A stretch of 64,000 nt of DNA, taken from the NCBI GenBank assembly GCA_965243205.1, contig CBDEUK010000002.1, positions 672,001-736,000 of the forward strand, read 5' to 3'. Source of the DNA: Gammaproteobacteria bacterium. GTDB lineage: Bacteria > Pseudomonadota > Gammaproteobacteria > Eutrophobiales > Eutrophobiaceae. Both the position numbers and the translations under genes were made by a program. The number at the start of each line of letters is the position of its first letter. Within the stretch, counting starts at the first letter, position 1. Of this stretch, positions 11,365-22,311 are shown one piece after another. The notes under the pieces were generated by a model. It ran no database searches. It worked only from the letters and a program-made list of their open reading frames with translations, and was not told the DNA's origin.

Positions 11365-13740
11365 TTATAATTTTTTCAAAGCAGCTTTCGCTTCTTCAAT
11401 ACCATAGTAATCTGCTTTTTCACCTGTAGCAGCAACTAATGCATCTTTAGCTTTTTGATTATCGCCTTTTTTGTAATAAGCCATTCCTAAATGATAATGT
11501 AATTCCGGTGAGTTAGGCGCAAGCTCCACTGCTTTTTCAAGATAATCAATCGCACCAACAATATTATTTTGTTTATAATATAGCCAACCTACAGTATCTA
11601 AATATGCTGGACTATTTTGTTCTTTTAAACCTTCAACCAATATCGCTGCTCGTTTCAAACTTTGTTCGTCACCACGATAATTCATCAATAACATCGCAAG
11701 ATTATTAGCAGCCAAAACGTTTTCTTCTTCTTTAATAAGCACTTCTTCGTAAATAGAAATTGCTTTATCAAACTCCGATTGTTTTTCATATAGCTTCGCT
11801 AATTCTGTGACCAAAATAATAGAAGATTCCGTTTGTTTAATACCTTTTTTATAAACAATTTCGGCTTGATCTTCCTGTTCATTCATTAAATATAAATTAG
11901 CTTTATTGCGATAAGGCAGTGCCCAATCAGGTTTTAATTTCATAGCTTTATCAAATGAATGCCATGAGTCTTTACGGTCACCTTTGAATAACAATACTTC
12001 TCCCAATAAATTATGCGCGACAAAGTTTTTGTCATTTGCCTTAACAACATTTTTTAATTTTTGAATAGCATCATCTGTTTTCTTTAATGATAAATAAGAT
12101 TTAACCATTTGAGTTAACGGTTGAATTGCATCTGGTGCTAACTCAATCGCTTTATCAAACTCAGGAATACTGTCTTCAAGTTTTTGTTGAGCTTGTTTAA
12201 GTAAACCAGCGTAGTGATAACCGATAGGCTTATCAGGGTGTGCTGCCTTTATTCGCGTCACGACTTCATTCGCAGAATCCCAATCTTTCTGAGATACCAT
12301 CACACGAAACATAGTTTGCATAGCACCAAGATTCTCTGGTTGAATCTCTAGCACTTCATCCAATTGTTTTACAACCCCATCAACATCGTTATTCGCTGCT
12401 AGTATTCGAATATAGTCTTCACGTAATACAAAGTTATCAGGCGCTAGATTTACCGCTCGTTTCAACATATCACGCGATAGGCTTAATTCATTATTTGCAG
12501 CATGCGCCCTAGCTAACAAACGTAAGAGTCGGACAGAATTTGGTTGATCGCGCATTGCTGAACGAAAATCAGCAATTGCAGTGTTCGCATCTTGTTCTGC
12601 TAAAGCAATCTTACCCCGAAGCGTTAGTGCTTGTTGATCATTAGGGTTTTCAGCTAAAACTTCTGCTAATAAGATTTTAGCTTTTTCAATTTCTCGAATA
12701 CGAGCGTAAAGTTCTGCGATTTCGTTACGTGCTTTTAGACCATTTGGTTTAATGCCTTCAGCTTCAATAATACTTTCGTAGATCTTAATAGCTTCTTCTG
12801 ATTTAGCTTCAGCTTCATAGACTTTAGCAAGACTAAATTTAAGCTGATAATTTTCAGGCTCAGCTTCCACCATTTTAACTAATTCAGCTTTGGCAGTATC
12901 TTCATCACGATTATCTGCAAGAAATTTAATCAACAATAATTTAACATTGTTATCATCAGGTAAATCTTTCGCCATTTGACGTAATACTGATTCTGCTTTA
13001 TCCATTTCTTTCGCAGTTGTATATAGGGTTGCGAGCCTAACACGATGAGCCGAAACGTCTGGTTGCTGTCTTACCAACTGTTTCATGATATCAGCTGCTT
13101 TTAACATTTCTTTTTGACTTGCATATATACCTGCAAGAATTGTCTTTAAGCGTGTATCTTCAGGATTATTTTTGATGCCTTTTTGTAATAATGCGATGGC
13201 TTCATCAAACTTTTTCTCGCTTACATAAATAGCACCCATTAATGAAAGTGCATTAATATTATTCGGTTCAAGTTTTAAAGCCTTTTCTGCATTGAAACGC
13301 GCAACGGCATATTCTTTTTTCTGAGCTTTCACACTACCCATAAAAGCCAGAGCATCTGCATTTTCAGGATCATTTTCTAATGCAATTTTTGCTTCTTCTT
13401 CAGCCTTCTCTATCGCACGAGCTAGTAAATAAAACTGTCCCATTGCGATTCTTGACTTTGTATGTTTCGGATCCAATTCTAGAACTTTACTATAATGCCC
13501 AGCTGCAGAACGCCATTCTTGTAAATTTTCTTGTGTGAGAGCCATTTTGTAATGGGCCTCAAGATCTTCAGGGTCAATTTGTAGTACGTTTTTGTATTCC
13601 AGACGAGCTTTTTCATACTCACCCTGTTCAAAGAGTGCTTCACCTTTTTGAAAATATTCTGCTTTTCGGTCCTCTGGACTACCGCAAGCGGTGATAAAAA
13701 TTGCTAGGGAAATAATAAATAGTTGTTTGATCATATTCAT
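11365..13740 (-). CDS. TPR-repeat lipoprotein, PrsT-like (PEP-CTERM/EPS-associated)
   Basis: Lipobox ITAC; TPR repeats throughout; C-terminal NNLA...DTVGWLYY...YHLGMAY pattern. Confidence 0.8.
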   Translation of the reverse strand: MNMIKQLFIISLAIFITACGSPEDRKAEYFQKGEALFEQGEYEKARLEYKNVLQIDPEDLEAHYKMALTQENLQEWRSAAGHYSKVLELDPKHTKSRIAMGQFYLLARAIEKAEEEAKIALENDPENADALAFMGSVKAQKKEYAVARFNAEKALKLEPNNINALSLMGAIYVSEKKFDEAIALLQKGIKNNPEDTRLKTILAGIYASQKEMLKAADIMKQLVRQQPDVSAHRVRLATLYTTAKEMDKAESVLRQMAKDLPDDNNVKLLLIKFLADNRDEDTAKAELVKMVEAEPENYQLKFSLAKVYEAEAKSEEAIKIYESIIEAEGIKPNGLKARNEIAELYARIREIEKAKILLAEVLAENPNDQQALTLRGKIALAEQDANTAIADFRSAMRDQPNSVRLLRLLARAHAANNELSLSRDMLKRAVNLAPDNFVLREDYIRILAANNDVDGVVKQLDEVLEIQPENLGAMQTMFRVMVSQKDWDSANEVVTRIKAAHPDKPIGYHYAGLLKQAQQKLEDSIPEFDKAIELAPDAIQPLTQMVKSYLSLKKTDDAIQKLKNVVKANDKNFVAHNLLGEVLLFKGDRKDSWHSFDKAMKLKPDWALPYRNKANLYLMNEQEDQAEIVYKKGIKQTESSIILVTELAKLYEKQSEFDKAISIYEEVLIKEEENVLAANNLAMLLMNYRGDEQSLKRAAILVEGLKEQNSPAYLDTVGWLYYKQNNIVGAIDYLEKAVELAPNSPELHYHLGMAYYKKGDNQKAKDALVAATGEKADYYGIEEAKAALKKL

Positions 13741-13836
13741 GGGGTCGAATTGTTACCGTTAAAAATTACAGTTTAGTGAAAAAATAGAATAAATCTGTTA
13801 AATATTTCTGAAAACAAGGTATTTTTTACAGGAATA

Positions 13837-15468
13837 TTACACAAAAGTGCAGATCAGCAATGAACTAAAGCAAATTAATAAAATTCCTTTAATAGTATAT
13901 TGATGTTTCCGTATCGACATCAGTAAATACTCAGAGGCGTAAAATAACACGAATAGCCATGCTATCAAAGATGCAAAACCAATCGCATCATCATTCAAAC
14001 TCGAAGTAAACGCCGTGAACGAAATCACTATAAAAATAATGATGTAATCCAACGGAGTCACACTTACCTTACCTCTATCAGGCATCATTAATCCAAGAAT
14101 TATAAATAATGCTAATACTGCAAATATGATATTCAAAGTAGAACGAGAAGAGTTCAATAACCCAGGTTCTGTATAGATTAAATAAATGCTAAATGTACTA
14201 ACCACATATAAACCTATACGAATGATCAAATCAGATGCTTCGGTTTTTGGATAAAACTGACTTCCGATAATGGTTATCACAAGAATCAGCGCAATAGTCG
14301 ACAAAATAATAGGAATATTTCCTACTGAAAATGCAACCCAAGAAAAGAACGTAGGAATAAATAACAAGAGTAAACTCGAAATAGCTAATACTAAGAATGG
14401 TCGTTTGTCTCCAACACTACCCAAAAACCGTTTCATGAACGATATTCTTGAATCTTTTCTAAGCTCTGAATCTTTCGGTTTAGAATTTACTAATAGAATA
14501 TTGATCAAAATACCAAATAATATGTAATAAAAAAGAATTGCATAATCCTGGTAATAACGAAAAAAATACGCACAGATGACCATCAATGATTGAATCAGAT
14601 AAATAACAAACACGACCTCATAATGGTCTAATCCAATATTAAGTAACTTATGATGAATATGGTTTTTATCAGGTTTGAATGGCGACTTACCGTTTAATAA
14701 TCGAGTACAAATCACTATAAAAGTATCTAGTATTGGCAAACCTAAAATAACCATACCAATCGATGGGCTCAAAACAGGATTAACATCCTGGATTAATATA
14801 ATCGCAAGTACTCCAATAGCAAATCCTAAAAATTGACTACCTGTATCCCCCATAAATATAACAGCTGGATGAGTGTTAAAACGTAAAAAACCAAACACAG
14901 CTCCCATAACCGCTAATGTTATCATAACAAAAGAAACATCTTCGGCTTGATAACCTAAAATAGCTATCACACCTAAGCTTAATAAAGCACCCCCACCTGC
15001 TAAACCATCCAAACCATCTGATAAATTAATTGCATTCATTGCACCTAATAAAACAAAAAAGGTAAATGGTATTGCATAAAGATCTGGAATGATTCCATTA
15101 TATAAAAATGACATAGAGTCTATTTTTATATCTGCAAAAAAGATCACAATAAAAGAGGCAAGCAATTGGCCAACAAACTTAATCCGATAACCTAACTGTA
15201 CTCGGTCATCCCACATTCCAAATCCAGCTAATACAATAGTCGCAATAATAAATGCTATAGTTCGTTGATCAAGTTGTACAAAAAGTAATATCGATACAAG
15301 CGAACCAATGACCATTGCGATACCACCAATTCTAGGTATAGCACCTGTATGGACTTTTCGTTCATCGGGTGTATCAACAAATTTAAAACGAACAGCTAAC
15401 TTCATCAATGGAGGAATCAACAACAAGCTGCATAACATGGAAAGCATGAAGATATTAAATAGAAGCAT
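13837..15468 (-). CDS. WecA/MraY-family undecaprenyl-phosphate GlcNAc-1-P transferase with C-terminal membrane extension
   Basis: PRIGG, GMWDD, NAINLSDGLDGL, FMGDTGS and HIHH motifs; about 200 additional hydrophobic residues. Confidence 0.85.
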   Translation of the reverse strand: MLLFNIFMLSMLCSLLLIPPLMKLAVRFKFVDTPDERKVHTGAIPRIGGIAMVIGSLVSILLFVQLDQRTIAFIIATIVLAGFGMWDDRVQLGYRIKFVGQLLASFIVIFFADIKIDSMSFLYNGIIPDLYAIPFTFFVLLGAMNAINLSDGLDGLAGGGALLSLGVIAILGYQAEDVSFVMITLAVMGAVFGFLRFNTHPAVIFMGDTGSQFLGFAIGVLAIILIQDVNPVLSPSIGMVILGLPILDTFIVICTRLLNGKSPFKPDKNHIHHKLLNIGLDHYEVVFVIYLIQSLMVICAYFFRYYQDYAILFYYILFGILINILLVNSKPKDSELRKDSRISFMKRFLGSVGDKRPFLVLAISSLLLLFIPTFFSWVAFSVGNIPIILSTIALILVITIIGSQFYPKTEASDLIIRIGLYVVSTFSIYLIYTEPGLLNSSRSTLNIIFAVLALFIILGLMMPDRGKVSVTPLDYIIIFIVISFTAFTSSLNDDAIGFASLIAWLFVLFYASEYLLMSIRKHQYTIKGILLICFSSLLICTFV

Positions 15469-15512
15469 AGTAATATAAGTACGTCACAAGTTAGACATAC
15501 TGAGCCCTTTCC

Positions 15513-17075
15513 TTAGTTAGGGATATAGTCCTGTAATAGTTCATTTGATTCTGACATAAATTCAGTCAATCGTTTATCTGCCAAGGTGATATCTTCATTT
15601 TTACCTAGAGGAGAAATAACACGAATCAAAGCTCCATCGGTTCTGTTGCGGGTTAATGAATCCCAAAACAAATACCATTTCGCTAAATATTCATTCGTTA
15701 TATTACGGCCACGTTGTTGAAACCAGTAATAAACTAACTGGCGTGCCTCTCCATATTGAATTAGTGCACGATTAACATTTAATGGAGTTCCTCGAAAATC
15801 AACTTCGTTCAAGGCTACGGTTTGTAGATCTTTAATTACCCAACCACCGCCTGGCAAGCAAGTTCTTGGAGAATGAATTGAACTCCCAGCTTTTTGTGTA
15901 TCGTAATAGGCTACATAAAAATTGATATTGTCCGAACCTTTATGTTTATAATCAGAAATAATGTAATCTGTCATTCCAGTTAATGCACTAACAAATTGTG
16001 GTTCCATATTACTACGAGTCCCTTGCCAACTACCTATTTCATCAGGGAATGATACGAACTGATGCCGCTCAGGAATATCATAACCTTTATTTTCTAATGA
16101 CTTGAACGCAATTAGAGCTAGAATTAATAATGGAATAGTCATAATAAATAAAGGAGCAATTTTTCGCGTAGCTAGTTGTCCTCCTTTTATTGGTTCTGGA
16201 ACTTCTAAACCAAACACCTCAGATAATTTTCGCCCTTTATTAAATATAATTGTGAAAAGCCACATTTCTAAAAACAAAATTCCAACACATGCCATAAAGA
16301 TAATCCATCCTTCAAAATCATGAAGAAATCCTTCTGCCTGTTCTATTCCAAAGTAATTAACTAAAACTCCTATCATGCCAATACGAAAGCTATTCATTAA
16401 TACTGTAATGGGAATAGTCGTTAGGAATATAACTATTCTTTGCCATAAGGGAGCACTGAATAGATAACCACAAATAAATCCAAAACTCATCAAAGGAAAC
16501 AAATAACGAAGTCCACTACATGCTTCCACTACTTGGAGTTTATAAACACCTAAATCAATCACATTGCCTTCTAAATAAACACTAATATCAAATAATCGTA
16601 TTACTGCCACACCTATAGCTGATGAAATAAGTTGTAACTTTTGTGATAGAGTTGCGTATAAAAAAGAAGGTAGTGGAACCATGAACATCAATAGTAATAG
16701 TGGTGCCCACAATAATCTAAATACTTTTTGCCCTACTAGCGTATATATAATTCCATAAATACATATAACGAAAGCATATTGTTGTATTGTGAGGATACTT
16801 CCTTTTATACCAATAAGACCAACAAACAATCCAAGCAATAAAATCAATAACCCTACCCAGGAAGATTTAAATTCTAATATTTCCAGCTCGAATCTCTTTT
16901 GCCAAATAAAATAACAAGCAACGATAGGGATTAGAAAGCCATGAGAATATTCTTCTCTGTTCATCCACCATCTAACCATTTGAGAAAAACCTGGATAAAA
17001 TAAATAGGCTGATATAGCTATGCCTGCCAAAAGAATTATCAATATAGTAATATTTGTCTGATTTAATTTGTTCAT
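15513..17075 (-). CDS. xrtD: Exosortase fused to EpsI domain, probably VPLPA-CTERM-specific exosortase D
   Basis: EEYSHGFLIP, VVEACSGLR (catalytic Cys), NSFRI and HDFEGW; EpsI domain with HSPRTCLPGGGW and YYWFQQRGR. A VPLPA-CTERM substrate gene is in the same window. Confidence 0.85.
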   Translation of the reverse strand: MNKLNQTNITILIILLAGIAISAYLFYPGFSQMVRWWMNREEYSHGFLIPIVACYFIWQKRFELEILEFKSSWVGLLILLLGLFVGLIGIKGSILTIQQYAFVICIYGIIYTLVGQKVFRLLWAPLLLLMFMVPLPSFLYATLSQKLQLISSAIGVAVIRLFDISVYLEGNVIDLGVYKLQVVEACSGLRYLFPLMSFGFICGYLFSAPLWQRIVIFLTTIPITVLMNSFRIGMIGVLVNYFGIEQAEGFLHDFEGWIIFMACVGILFLEMWLFTIIFNKGRKLSEVFGLEVPEPIKGGQLATRKIAPLFIMTIPLLILALIAFKSLENKGYDIPERHQFVSFPDEIGSWQGTRSNMEPQFVSALTGMTDYIISDYKHKGSDNINFYVAYYDTQKAGSSIHSPRTCLPGGGWVIKDLQTVALNEVDFRGTPLNVNRALIQYGEARQLVYYWFQQRGRNITNEYLAKWYLFWDSLTRNRTDGALIRVISPLGKNEDITLADKRLTEFMSESNELLQDYIPN

Positions 17076-17078
17076 AAT

Positions 17079-17921
17079 CTAGATTGTTAAGTTTTGTTTT
17101 CTTCGTTTTAACTCTAATACTTTTAAGTCTATCATCATTTCATACGTGGCTCGCAAAATACAAAATACAAAACCAGCTTTACCTTCTAAAAAGCCTCCTC
17201 TGAATATATATAAGATCAGGAAAATAATTAAAGGTCTGAAAGGCAATGAATATACAATTTGTTTTAGTTTCTTTCGCCTCACTCCAGGGTCTTTTGAAAG
17301 TAAAGCCTTATAAGGCAATTTATCTCTTACCCCTTGAAATAAAACTTCCGCTTCCATGGTAGAATACTTATTATGTCTTTCCAGCCAATATGAATAGCCT
17401 TTATTAAACGGGAAATGCTCTATATGAGCATCCAGATTAGTTTTCTCATATTCTGTTGTATATTCTTCATTTATTTCTCTTTTAACCTCAACATAATCTG
17501 GCTTAACTAATCGACCAAACCATGTAGGATAACCACTGCTACGTTTTATCCATTTATCTAAAAAATGATCTTTTCTACGAAAATACATAAGAGCACATTC
17601 TGTTGTCGGCTCTTTGATATCAGGGTGATTTAAAAGTTCTTGATATAATTCATCAGTACATCTTTCATCAGCATCTAACATTAGAACCCATGGATTTTTA
17701 AATTCAATTTTTTTTAGACCAAAGTTACGTTGTTTAGCATAACCTTCAAATTTATTTTGAATTACTTTGACTCCAAGAGATTTAGCAATTTCGCATGTTT
17801 TATCCTGACTATATGAATCTAATATGACAATGTCGTTACACCAAGGAACACTTTTAATGCAATCAGCTATATTTATTTCTTCATTAAAAGTGAGAATCAG
17901 TACTGAAATATTAAGATTCAT
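17079..17921 (-). CDS. Glycosyltransferase family 2
   Basis: ILTFNEE, DSYSQD, QRNFGL, LDADE. Confidence 0.9.
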   Translation of the reverse strand: MNLNISVLILTFNEEINIADCIKSVPWCNDIVILDSYSQDKTCEIAKSLGVKVIQNKFEGYAKQRNFGLKKIEFKNPWVLMLDADERCTDELYQELLNHPDIKEPTTECALMYFRRKDHFLDKWIKRSSGYPTWFGRLVKPDYVEVKREINEEYTTEYEKTNLDAHIEHFPFNKGYSYWLERHNKYSTMEAEVLFQGVRDKLPYKALLSKDPGVRRKKLKQIVYSLPFRPLIIFLILYIFRGGFLEGKAGFVFCILRATYEMMIDLKVLELKRRKQNLTI

Positions 17922-18676
17922 GATATTTTTTTACGCATAATAAATTGTGGCAGTTTTACAATATTTTTAAAAATTAAAGAATGTAAGCCTCCAACTGAAT
18001 TAGATTTAATTGCTTTATAATCTTCATTAGATTTTTCCAGAATATTTTTAATTGAACGGTTACTTGCCCCGCCGACACGCATTTTAACAAATACATTTGG
18101 CAAGTATTTTATACTAACATCTGGTTTGCTTAAGACCCTTAAAATAAAATCATAATCAGCAGCAATTTTGTATGAAGTATCAAAACAACCATAAGAATTA
18201 TAGATTTTTTTTCGCAGATACAGTGTCGGATGAGGAGGCATCCAGCCTAATTTAAGTTTTCTATTACTAAATTTTCCGGCCTTCCAATACCTGATAATAT
18301 CATCTGGATTATCTTTTTTAACGTAAATTAAATCTCCATATATACCATCTATATTTTTTTCCTGAAAACTATTAGCAATATTTTTAATAACATATGAATC
18401 ATGAAATAAATCATCCGAGTGCATAAATCCAATTATATCTCCTGTAGATAAGTTAATTCCCTTATTTAACGCATCATAAATACCTTTATCCGGTTCTGAA
18501 ATAATCCTATCAATTTTCGAATTATATTTTTTTAATAATTCTTTCGTTCCATCTGTCGAACAACCATCTACTATAATAAATTCAATATCCTGATAATCCT
18601 GAGAAAGTACTGATTTAATAGATTCTTCTATCGTTTCTATACTATTATATGTTGCTGTTATAATTGATACTTTCAA
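17918..18676 (-). CDS. Glycosyltransferase family 2 (WcaE-like, possibly fucosyltransferase)
   Basis: VDGCSTDGT, EPDKGIYDALNKG, WMPPHP, AADYD. Confidence 0.88.
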   Translation of the reverse strand: MKVSIITATYNSIETIEESIKSVLSQDYQDIEFIIVDGCSTDGTKELLKKYNSKIDRIISEPDKGIYDALNKGINLSTGDIIGFMHSDDLFHDSYVIKNIANSFQEKNIDGIYGDLIYVKKDNPDDIIRYWKAGKFSNRKLKLGWMPPHPTLYLRKKIYNSYGCFDTSYKIAADYDFILRVLSKPDVSIKYLPNVFVKMRVGGASNRSIKNILEKSNEDYKAIKSNSVGGLHSLIFKNIVKLPQFIMRKKIS

Positions 18677-18718
18677 TTTTAAGTATTACCTTATTCATTT
18701 TAATTAAAATTTTAAACT

Positions 18719-19321
18719 ATGAACGAACAATCGCATGAAAGTGAACATCAAAAAAAATTAGATTCTATTTATACAACGTATAAACAAAATTCTAAATATG
18801 ATTCTCCTTGGAGTATTTTCACAAGAATAAAAGTACTATTCTGGCATATTGTATGGCTATTCTTATTCCGTCCATCACCTAAGCCTTTTAAACGATGGAG
18901 AAATTTTCTATTGAAAATCTTTGGTGCAAAAATTCTAGGAAGTCCATTTATATCAAGCTCTGCCAGAATAAAAATGCCATGGAATTTATACCTATCTGAT
19001 CATTCATGCTTAGGTGAAAACGTTATTGTCTATAATCTTGCTCCAATCAAACTTGAAGCAGAATGTACTGTTGCTCAAGAGTGCTATCTATGTACAGGTA
19101 GTCATGACCTAGAACAACCAAGCGCACCTCTTATCGTAGCTCCTATACATATTGGAAAAGAAGCTTTTATTGGTGTAAGAAGTTTGATTCTTCCTGGAGT
19201 ATCAATCGGTAATAACGCTGTTGTTGGTGGTGGCTCTGTTGTCACTAAAAATGTAGCAGAAAACACAATTGTCGCAGGTAATCCAGCAACAATAATACGT
19301 CATAGAAATAATAAAGAATAA
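18719..19321 (+). CDS. WcaF-like hexapeptide-repeat O-acetyltransferase
   Basis: LLKIFGAKI, PWNL, LCTGSHD, hexapeptide repeats, AGNPA. Confidence 0.88.
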   Translation: MNEQSHESEHQKKLDSIYTTYKQNSKYDSPWSIFTRIKVLFWHIVWLFLFRPSPKPFKRWRNFLLKIFGAKILGSPFISSSARIKMPWNLYLSDHSCLGENVIVYNLAPIKLEAECTVAQECYLCTGSHDLEQPSAPLIVAPIHIGKEAFIGVRSLILPGVSIGNNAVVGGGSVVTKNVAENTIVAGNPATIIRHRNNKE

Positions 19322-19325
19322 TCGA

Positions 19326-19964
19326 CTAATAAAAATGAATATCGGTTGTTGTAACACCTGGGCGACACGGCCCTGTTCCTTTAAATCTTTTTATCGATTT
19401 TGCTGTAGATGAATCTAGTATTTCAGGATAACGCCATGAATCATCTACGATAATCCAGGCCCCAGGCTTTACTTTTTTTTGAATATGTTCAAAGCATGTA
19501 GGTCTTACTTTTTCTTTTTTCTCAATCCCATCTACTAAATAAATATCAAATTCACTATCAGGAATTGAATTTAAATAATTTGATTCAGAAAATTTACTTA
19601 CATCATCAAAATCAAATTCATGTAATTGAAGTTGAACTGATATATTTTCTAATGAATATCTTTCTGCAATTTTTTTTTCTACGTTTTTTAACCAAAAGGC
19701 ATTATCCTCCGTTGATACTACTCTTGCACCTTTAGATAAAAAGAATAGTGTTGAACCACCTGCACCATATTCAAATATGGTTTGACCAGGTTTTATATTT
19801 TCATTTAAAAATCGTATACATGCATGCGAAAACCAAGGTACTTCTAAATCAATCGGAGTTTTTTTACTCAATGGCCCCTCTTTAATATAAGGAATAATAT
19901 CCTGAGGATGAGTAAATAGATGAGATAACAATCTAACGGATCTTGTAAAAGTATTTCCTTCCAT
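19326..19964 (-). CDS. Class I SAM-dependent methyltransferase
   Basis: VPWF, FEYGAGGST, VDG, KPGAWIIVDDS. Confidence 0.8.
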   Translation of the reverse strand: MEGNTFTRSVRLLSHLFTHPQDIIPYIKEGPLSKKTPIDLEVPWFSHACIRFLNENIKPGQTIFEYGAGGSTLFFLSKGARVVSTEDNAFWLKNVEKKIAERYSLENISVQLQLHEFDFDDVSKFSESNYLNSIPDSEFDIYLVDGIEKKEKVRPTCFEHIQKKVKPGAWIIVDDSWRYPEILDSSTAKSIKRFKGTGPCRPGVTTTDIHFY

Positions 19965-19965
19965 A

Positions 19966-21123
19966 TTATGTACTACTATTATTAATTAAATCTTGCCAAT
20001 CAGATAAATATTTATTTGCAATATTTTCAACACTAAATAATTTAGACGTTGTAATAGCATTATTACTCATTTCAATTAACATTTCTCTTTTTTCAAAAGC
20101 TGTTCTCATTACTGAGATCAAAGATTCAGTAGGATTCTCAGATTTATGATCGAAAATAAAACAATTTTTGTCTTTTTCAGCAAATTCCTTAAAACATGCA
20201 AGGTTAGAAATTATCGGAGGAAAACCTAAGGCCATAGCCTCTAATGGGGCTACTCCAAATGCTTCACCTTTGTCAGCTAAAGAAGGGTAGCAATAAAAAT
20301 CTGTCTCTCTCATACGTTCAGCTAATTTTTTTGGCTCAGAAATAGATTTCTCAAATGAAACATCTAACCCATCAGCTATTTTTTTTAATTTTGATAGATA
20401 ATTATCTCCACTACCTCCATGTTGTATATCTACTGGACCTAAGATCGATAAGTGTACTGTTGGATATGATAAAGATAACTCTTTACAAGCTTCTACTAAT
20501 AAATGAACTCCTTTTTCTTCATGGACTCTGCCTGTATACAAAACTCTATACGAGTTCATCTTATGTAATTTTGCTTTATCGGGATAAAATGATTCCAAAT
20601 CAACTGGGTTAGGAACTACTTTTGTAATATTTTCAACTTGAGGTGTTTGTGAAATTATTTCATTAGAAATAGCAGAGCTTACAGCTGAAATTCTATCAAC
20701 ATTTTTATATAGACCCATTTGACCTTTAGGAAATCTAGCTACGTTCACAACTATTTTCCCAAGTTTTTTTCTTCTTAATTGCCCAATTACTGGCAACCAA
20801 AATACATTTGTGACTGTAACATCAGCTTGTGGAATATTAGCAAAAACTCTAAATGAATATAACGCATCTTTCAAAAGATCAATTTTTAATGATGATGATC
20901 TAGTATACCCACTCTTTCTTATTACTTTTAAATTTTTATTTATAATCTCAATTTTTTGCTGGCTTTCCCATTTCCTACCAATGACCGTCACCTGATGTCC
21001 TTGTTCTGATAGATGCTTAGCAACAGACATCCAACGTTTTTCCACAGCTCCCGAAGGACCTCCGCCAATAGGTAAAAAAGGGCCTGCCACTATGTTAATT
21101 CTTAAAAAATTATTATTGTTCAT
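19966..21123 (-). CDS. Glycosyltransferase family 4
   Basis: VPNPVD, GRVHEEKG, EAFGVAPLEA. Confidence 0.9.
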   Translation of the reverse strand: MNNNNFLRINIVAGPFLPIGGGPSGAVEKRWMSVAKHLSEQGHQVTVIGRKWESQQKIEIINKNLKVIRKSGYTRSSSLKIDLLKDALYSFRVFANIPQADVTVTNVFWLPVIGQLRRKKLGKIVVNVARFPKGQMGLYKNVDRISAVSSAISNEIISQTPQVENITKVVPNPVDLESFYPDKAKLHKMNSYRVLYTGRVHEEKGVHLLVEACKELSLSYPTVHLSILGPVDIQHGGSGDNYLSKLKKIADGLDVSFEKSISEPKKLAERMRETDFYCYPSLADKGEAFGVAPLEAMALGFPPIISNLACFKEFAEKDKNCFIFDHKSENPTESLISVMRTAFEKREMLIEMSNNAITTSKLFSVENIANKYLSDWQDLINNSST

Positions 21124-22282
21124 TTTTAATTAGAGTTTTGTGGTATAAATTTAGAGTCAATCTAGCTATTTTATTCCAGGTATATTTATTTGATATTAGT
21201 TTAATTGCTTTTTCTGAAATACTACTTCTAGTATTTTTTTCAATCTTTAAGAAAGATAATAATGTCTGTGTTAGATTATCAATCGTTTTTTTATTATCAT
21301 TTAACAACAGATTAAACTCCAACCCTACTTCTTCAATCACCACATCAGAAAAATTACATTTATCAGATATTACAACTGGTGTCCCTACACTTAATGCTTC
21401 CAATATTGCGACGCTAAAACCTTCTTGTCGAGAAGGCAAACAAAATATTTTAGCATGCTCCATCAAAAATAATTTATCAGAATTATAAACAGGACCTATA
21501 AAATCTATAGATTTTTTAATATTTAGCTGCTCGATTAGTTTCTGAATTTCTTCCAAATGCCCATCATCATTACCAGCTACTACTAATTTTAATTCTGGAT
21601 AATCATTCTGTGTTTTTTTTAAGGCAGGTATTAAATAATCGAGACCTTTTTTAAAATGAATCCTTGATAAAAATAAGATATAAGCTTGATTTTTATATTG
21701 TTTGATTTTATCAGACAGCTTGTCTTTATCGTAAATTCTATTTAAATCTATTCCATTTGGAATAATTTGAGTATTTACATTTGGAAAAACAGAGATGGTA
21801 TCTAGCTCTTCTTTCTTAGTAAGAACATGTACTGATTCTGAATTATTAAAATAGCTTTTCACATAGCACTGAATGGCCAATCTTTTTTTTAGTTTTTTTT
21901 GCTCTAAAGACCAAGGATCTAACATTCCATGGGGCATTATAATATATTTATAATTATTATTAATAATTAACCTTGAACTAAAATAAAGCATTAGCTCCCA
22001 TACCCCATGCATATGAAATATTAACTTTTCATCTTTATATTTATCAAGAAAATTTAATATTTTTGTTCGATCATTATTATTAATAAATTTAGTATTATTA
22101 TCTAACTCAATAATATTAATATTATGTTCTATTTCATTTAATATATTATTTTGTGAGTTTTTTGTGATAATTGTAACTTTTGCATCCAATTTATGTTGCG
22201 ATAAACCAAGATTACAAACCACTTCCCCAGGCCCGCCGTGCTTGCGGTTAATGGATCCAATAATATGAACAATGTGTAGCAT
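21113..22282 (-). CDS. Glycosyltransferase family 4
   Basis: PHGMLDPW, IPNGID, SRIHFKKG, EGFSVAILEA. Confidence 0.9.
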   Translation of the reverse strand: MLHIVHIIGSINRKHGGPGEVVCNLGLSQHKLDAKVTIITKNSQNNILNEIEHNINIIELDNNTKFINNNDRTKILNFLDKYKDEKLIFHMHGVWELMLYFSSRLIINNNYKYIIMPHGMLDPWSLEQKKLKKRLAIQCYVKSYFNNSESVHVLTKKEELDTISVFPNVNTQIIPNGIDLNRIYDKDKLSDKIKQYKNQAYILFLSRIHFKKGLDYLIPALKKTQNDYPELKLVVAGNDDGHLEEIQKLIEQLNIKKSIDFIGPVYNSDKLFLMEHAKIFCLPSRQEGFSVAILEALSVGTPVVISDKCNFSDVVIEEVGLEFNLLLNDNKKTIDNLTQTLLSFLKIEKNTRSSISEKAIKLISNKYTWNKIARLTLNLYHKTLIKNEQ

Positions 22283-22311
22283 TTAGATATTTTATTTTTT
22301 ATAGTAAGAAA

